A stretch of 64,000 nt of DNA, from the IMG/VR virus record IMGVR_UViG_3300037418_000840, one strand, 5' to 3'. Numbering within the stretch: the stretch's first letter is position 1; the number at the start of each line of letters is the position of its first letter. Positions 60,430 through 64,000 of the stretch are shown here, piece after piece. The translations under genes and the position numbers were made by a program. This DNA is from a virus (lineage: Duplodnaviria > Caudoviricetes). The notes beneath the pieces were generated by a model that worked only from the letters and a program-made list of their open reading frames with translations, searched no databases and had not been told where the DNA came from.

Positions 60430-61305
60430 ATGAAGACAGCACAAAAGGCAACGAAAGAGCGCCGGGTGCCAGTCGATATGTCGTTCAATATTGGCGGTGA
60501 TGATCGCCCGCGCAAACGCACGAGTGACATCGACTCTCCCACCCGCAAGAAAAAGAAGAACACGGAAGGCTCCAGTCGAAAGGTTGGACTCGAAAGCGAT
60601 CTTGACGATGCCCGATTTGTCGACGATCGTCCTCGGCCACCGAAACCCAAGAAGGGCAAGAAGCGAAGCGCCGAAACAGTTGAGCATCTTCGCCCCTTGA
60701 AGAAGGCAAAGAAAGCTAGTAGTGCTCCGTCAGCGCCAGGAACTGCGTTGGTTCTGACCGCTGCCCCTTTGAAGAAACGTATGTCTCGTCTGTCAAAGCA
60801 GGCGCAGGAATCGATTCTGGGGCAAGACGCTGAAGACATTCAGCAGATGTTGGAGAACGACCAGACTGATCAGGCATTACGCTACATCAACAAGCGGCTA
60901 CTCCAGGCATGCGTCGATATGATCGCTCAGATCGAGACGGGCATTCGTGAGAGTAATGGCCGCTATGGCGTTCACTCATTCAACGGTCTAATCACCTCGA
61001 TTCGTGAGTTGATGATCGACCTCCAGGCAACGCAGGACCGTGGTGCCATTGGCGAAACCTTGACAAAAGACATCATTCAACCTTCATACCGAGATATCGG
61101 TTTGGAGGTGATGAAAGAGTACTCGCTAATCCTCGACGATGCTAAGACCTTGGCTGACAACGTAGCAGACAGTCCCCGGTCGAAGCAAGAGGCGCTAACT
61201 GAGTTTCGTCAGCGCCAAGTCGAGAGCCGAACCCGCATAGGGCAGTATTTGCAGAACAGCTTTTTCACTGTTCGAGATGATCTGATCGGGGCACTTCAAC
61301 GCTAA
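60430..61305 (+). CDS. Hypothetical protein with basic disordered N-terminus and helical C-terminus
   Basis: GAGG RBS. Confidence 0.75.
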   Translation: MKTAQKATKERRVPVDMSFNIGGDDRPRKRTSDIDSPTRKKKKNTEGSSRKVGLESDLDDARFVDDRPRPPKPKKGKKRSAETVEHLRPLKKAKKASSAPSAPGTALVLTAAPLKKRMSRLSKQAQESILGQDAEDIQQMLENDQTDQALRYINKRLLQACVDMIAQIETGIRESNGRYGVHSFNGLITSIRELMIDLQATQDRGAIGETLTKDIIQPSYRDIGLEVMKEYSLILDDAKTLADNVADSPRSKQEALTEFRQRQVESRTRIGQYLQNSFFTVRDDLIGALQR

Positions 61306-61318
61306 CGGAGCTCTCAAA

Positions 61319-61462
61319 ATGAATGAGGTTGGTAATGTGATCGCACTTGGAATCTGCGTGTTTGGTCTTGCAGAGTTCGCTAATGAATTGTCAGAATTCG
61401 TGATGCGCAAAAGCCACGAGTATTGGACGCGTCAACTAACTCGGCGGAGGCTCAGCCGCTGA
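61319..61462 (+). CDS. Small membrane protein (47 aa)
   Basis: GGAG RBS; VIALGICVFGLA; TGATG coupling to the next gene. Confidence 0.55.
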   Translation: MNEVGNVIALGICVFGLAEFANELSEFVMRKSHEYWTRQLTRRRLSR

Positions 61463-61935
61463 TGGACGCGCAGCGCATTAAGGATGCGGTCATCTCGTAT
61501 TTCAGACGCAAGTGTATGGCGGTCAACGCCGAAGTCGGGCTTTGTCAGGGTGGGCGTTTGCGGGCCGACGTGCTTGCCCTAGCCATGTATGGAGACGTGA
61601 CGATCGTAGAAGTCAAATCCAGCGTAGCTGATTTCAGAGCGGATAAGAAGTGGCGATCGTATCTAGACTTCTGCAACAAGATGTATTTCGCGTTTACTCC
61701 CGCAGTATACGAAAAAGTCAAAGACGATATCCCGAAAGGCATTGGCATCATGTTGGTGTCTAACTTCGAGGATTCACTTGGGCGATCACGGGCGTCTCTC
61801 AAAGTGAAGAAGCCTGCTTATCGTCAAGAATTCGATGCCGATACCAACATCAACCTGATCATTCGGTTGGCCTTTCGAAATGCCGACTGTAGTGGATTTG
61901 GACGCGCGCGTCGTCGACGTCGCAGCCGTAGATAA
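61462..61935 (+). CDS. MmcB-like PD-(D/E)XK endonuclease
   Basis: RADVLAL...IVEVKSSVADFRADKKW..YLDFCNKMYFA; GGAGG RBS favours ATG 61462. Confidence 0.85.
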   Translation: MDAQRIKDAVISYFRRKCMAVNAEVGLCQGGRLRADVLALAMYGDVTIVEVKSSVADFRADKKWRSYLDFCNKMYFAFTPAVYEKVKDDIPKGIGIMLVSNFEDSLGRSRASLKVKKPAYRQEFDADTNINLIIRLAFRNADCSGFGRARRRRRSRR

Positions 61936-61944
61936 GGACACACG

Positions 61945-63906
61945 ATGTTCACAAAGAATCGCATCCTCGGAGTCAATGGTCGCTCCATAAACGTAGACCA
62001 TGCGGCAGCAAAAGCCGCGAACGTCGCGCAGTATGTGGGCCGTGATTACCAGGGCCGCGACAAGCATAAAGTGTCGGCATCCATGTCAATGGGAGCCCTC
62101 GGTGGTGGCCCATCGTTGTCAGTCAACGGGTTCTGGCAATCGAACTACCAGTATTACATGACGGGCATTATCCCGGCTGATCCGCATCTGATCGACACCT
62201 CCACGCTTGCCCTGTTCTATCGTGACATCTACATGTTCGATAATACGGCCGGCTCTGCCGTAGACATTCTGTCGACCTTCGGCTTTAGTGACTGGGAACT
62301 GCGTGGCTTGGAGACCGAAGAACTGAAGTTCTTTGAGGACGCACTACAACGTCTTCAAATGCAGTCGATGATGCCGTTGATCAGCGTCGCTCACTTGACG
62401 GACGGCTTCTTCTGCGGCAGCCTGGTTTTTGATCCGCGGGACAAGCAGTTCATTACTACAATGCTTCACGACGCGTTGTCTTGTGCGGTTATTCCATCAC
62501 CGTTCTTCACGATGGATCCGACAGTCAACGTTCGTGTCGGGCAGGCAACACAGCAGTTCATGCACGATACTAGCGACTACGCCCGCAAGTTCATGCGGAC
62601 GATGCCGCAGAAGTTTATCGAGATGTTGAAGTCTGGGGCCTTCACTCTCGATCCGTTGACCACCATGTTTGTTCCGCGTCGGTCTACAACTGATCGAGCC
62701 TATACGTCGTACCTGCACCGCATCCTCCCGATGTATCTCATCGAGAAGACGCTGTTCCGCGGCACACTGGTCGAGGCCCAACGTCGTCAACGGGCAATGA
62801 CTCATGTGACAGCAGGCGATGACGTCTGGACGCCGACCACTGAAGAGCTGAACCAGTTTGTGAACACGTTCCAAGCTGCTGAGTACGATCCTCTGGGCGG
62901 CTGGGTTGCCACACGGAGCGCAGTTCAGGCTACGGATATCCGTCCAGGAGGTGACTTCTGGAAGTGGACGGACATGGCCGACATCTTGGTTGCGTACAAG
63001 CTGCGAGCCCTTGGCATCAGCGAATCGTTCCTGTCGGGAGACGCATCTTATGCTTCAGCAGAAAGTGCGTACTCCACGTTCTTGGAAAGCCAGAACGCAT
63101 ATCGTAGCGACCTGACGAACCGAATCTTCTATACGAAGCTCTTCCCGTTGATCGCCATCGTCAACAATCTGTACAAGGAAAAGACAGGACCGCGCGCCCG
63201 TCACGGTGAAATCCTGGAATTCTTGTACAACAATAACAGTCGGGCCAATCTCAAGATGCCCGAGCTCCACTGGCACAAGGAGCTCGAAGCCAAGGGCGAA
63301 GAGAACATGTCCGAACTGCTGGAGCAGGCAAGTTCCAAGGGTGTGCCGATCCCGCTCAAGATGTGGATGGCTGCTGCTAAGATCGATCCCGAATCGTTGC
63401 TTCGTGACCTGGAGGAAGACTCGGTGCTCCGTAAGAAGCTCGAGCGCTATACTGGCAAGGACACGAGCCACGAAGGCGAGGACGACTACAACGTCGGCGA
63501 GTTCGATGATGACGGTGACTTCGATGATATCCGCCCAGGCGCACAGGGTGACAGCGGTGTGTCACCACGGGAAGAGCAAGCGCGTCTGCGTCAACGTGTC
63601 GAGGGTTTCACTTCTCAACCGTTCCACAGCATGATTCGCAACCCACGAGTCCCGCTCTTGGCTCGTGAATTTGATAGCGAAAACTCGGATGCTATTCAGT
63701 TGACGAAGACGGGCAAACTGAAGTACGTGCCCGAAGTGGTACAGGCACAACGTCGTCGCGATGCGAATAGCACGATCATGAAGATTGCACGTTCAGTCGA
63801 TCGTGATCCGAATTACCGCGAACAGTTGAAGCGTCGCAACATCGAGAAGCTCGGGCGGTCAACTCTTGCGGGAGTACCACGACTGACAGGGCCAAAGAAG
63901 CGTTAA
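61945..63906 (+). CDS. Probable portal protein
   Basis: 653 aa, largely helical, near terL; KLRALGISESFLSGDASYASA segment resembles portal cores; assignment partly positional. Confidence 0.6.
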   Translation: MFTKNRILGVNGRSINVDHAAAKAANVAQYVGRDYQGRDKHKVSASMSMGALGGGPSLSVNGFWQSNYQYYMTGIIPADPHLIDTSTLALFYRDIYMFDNTAGSAVDILSTFGFSDWELRGLETEELKFFEDALQRLQMQSMMPLISVAHLTDGFFCGSLVFDPRDKQFITTMLHDALSCAVIPSPFFTMDPTVNVRVGQATQQFMHDTSDYARKFMRTMPQKFIEMLKSGAFTLDPLTTMFVPRRSTTDRAYTSYLHRILPMYLIEKTLFRGTLVEAQRRQRAMTHVTAGDDVWTPTTEELNQFVNTFQAAEYDPLGGWVATRSAVQATDIRPGGDFWKWTDMADILVAYKLRALGISESFLSGDASYASAESAYSTFLESQNAYRSDLTNRIFYTKLFPLIAIVNNLYKEKTGPRARHGEILEFLYNNNSRANLKMPELHWHKELEAKGEENMSELLEQASSKGVPIPLKMWMAAAKIDPESLLRDLEEDSVLRKKLERYTGKDTSHEGEDDYNVGEFDDDGDFDDIRPGAQGDSGVSPREEQARLRQRVEGFTSQPFHSMIRNPRVPLLAREFDSENSDAIQLTKTGKLKYVPEVVQAQRRRDANSTIMKIARSVDRDPNYREQLKRRNIEKLGRSTLAGVPRLTGPKKR

Positions 63907-63915
63907 GGAGAGATC

Positions 63916-64000
63916 ATGTATAGCTTTCTCGTCGCTAAGACGACGCCAGTCGAAGCTCTAATCAAGCCGGAATCGAATTACGATTTCTTCGTCTACAAGG
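63916..64000 (+). CDS. 5' part of an ORF truncated by the window end
   Basis: AAGGAG RBS; MYSFLVAKTTPVE... Confidence 0.55.
   Translation, partial: MYSFLVAKTTPVEALIKPESNYDFFVYK

Noticed and set aside
1-64000. Prophage or integration module
   Set aside because: No integrase, att duplication or host housekeeping flanks; gene content is that of a lytic jumbo-type phage

Overview
A 64-kb segment of a large lytic dsDNA (jumbo-type) phage genome. It is densely coding, and every credible gene is on the + strand. Layout: (1) 1-8.1 kb, accessory genes (GntR/FadR regulator, ATP-grasp protein, LysM protein); (2) 8.1-13.9 kb, a cluster of 19 canonical tRNAs interleaved with small ORFs (GroES, an XRE HTH), at least five aberrant tRNA-like elements (one circularly permuted, one nested inside another, one with an extended and one with a shrunken anticodon arm, one T-arm-before-D-loop) and structured spacers, plus a further D-stemless tRNA-like element at 3.4 kb; (3) 14-25 kb, auxiliary genes (RAYT transposase homolog with a broken HUH motif, gp49/66 family, TAXI solute-binding protein, cyclophilin, two glycosyltransferases, NADAR); (4) 25.5-35 kb, replication and lysis (SF1 helicase, HAD, HD, family A DNA polymerase, DnaG-type primase, overlapping spanins); (5) 39.4-49.8 kb, a putative DNA hypermodification locus with APS-kinase-like protein, UDP-galactopyranose mutase, sulfotransferase, GT-B and GT-A glycosyltransferases, GNAT, aGPT-Pplase1/HMUDK-helical protein, dUMP-hydroxymethylase-like thymidylate synthase homolog, DUF3310 and HAD; (6) 50-64 kb core (SWIM protein, sigma-70-like factor, SSB-like protein with a very long charge-block tail, RecA, terminase, RuvC, MmcB-like nuclease, probable portal). 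A GTAAATA motif recurs in intergenic positions and is a candidate phage-sigma promoter. The best candidates for undescribed biology are the sulfated-galactofuranose hmU modification pathway and the family of tRNA mimics. All family assignments come from motif recognition by eye; no database searches were run.
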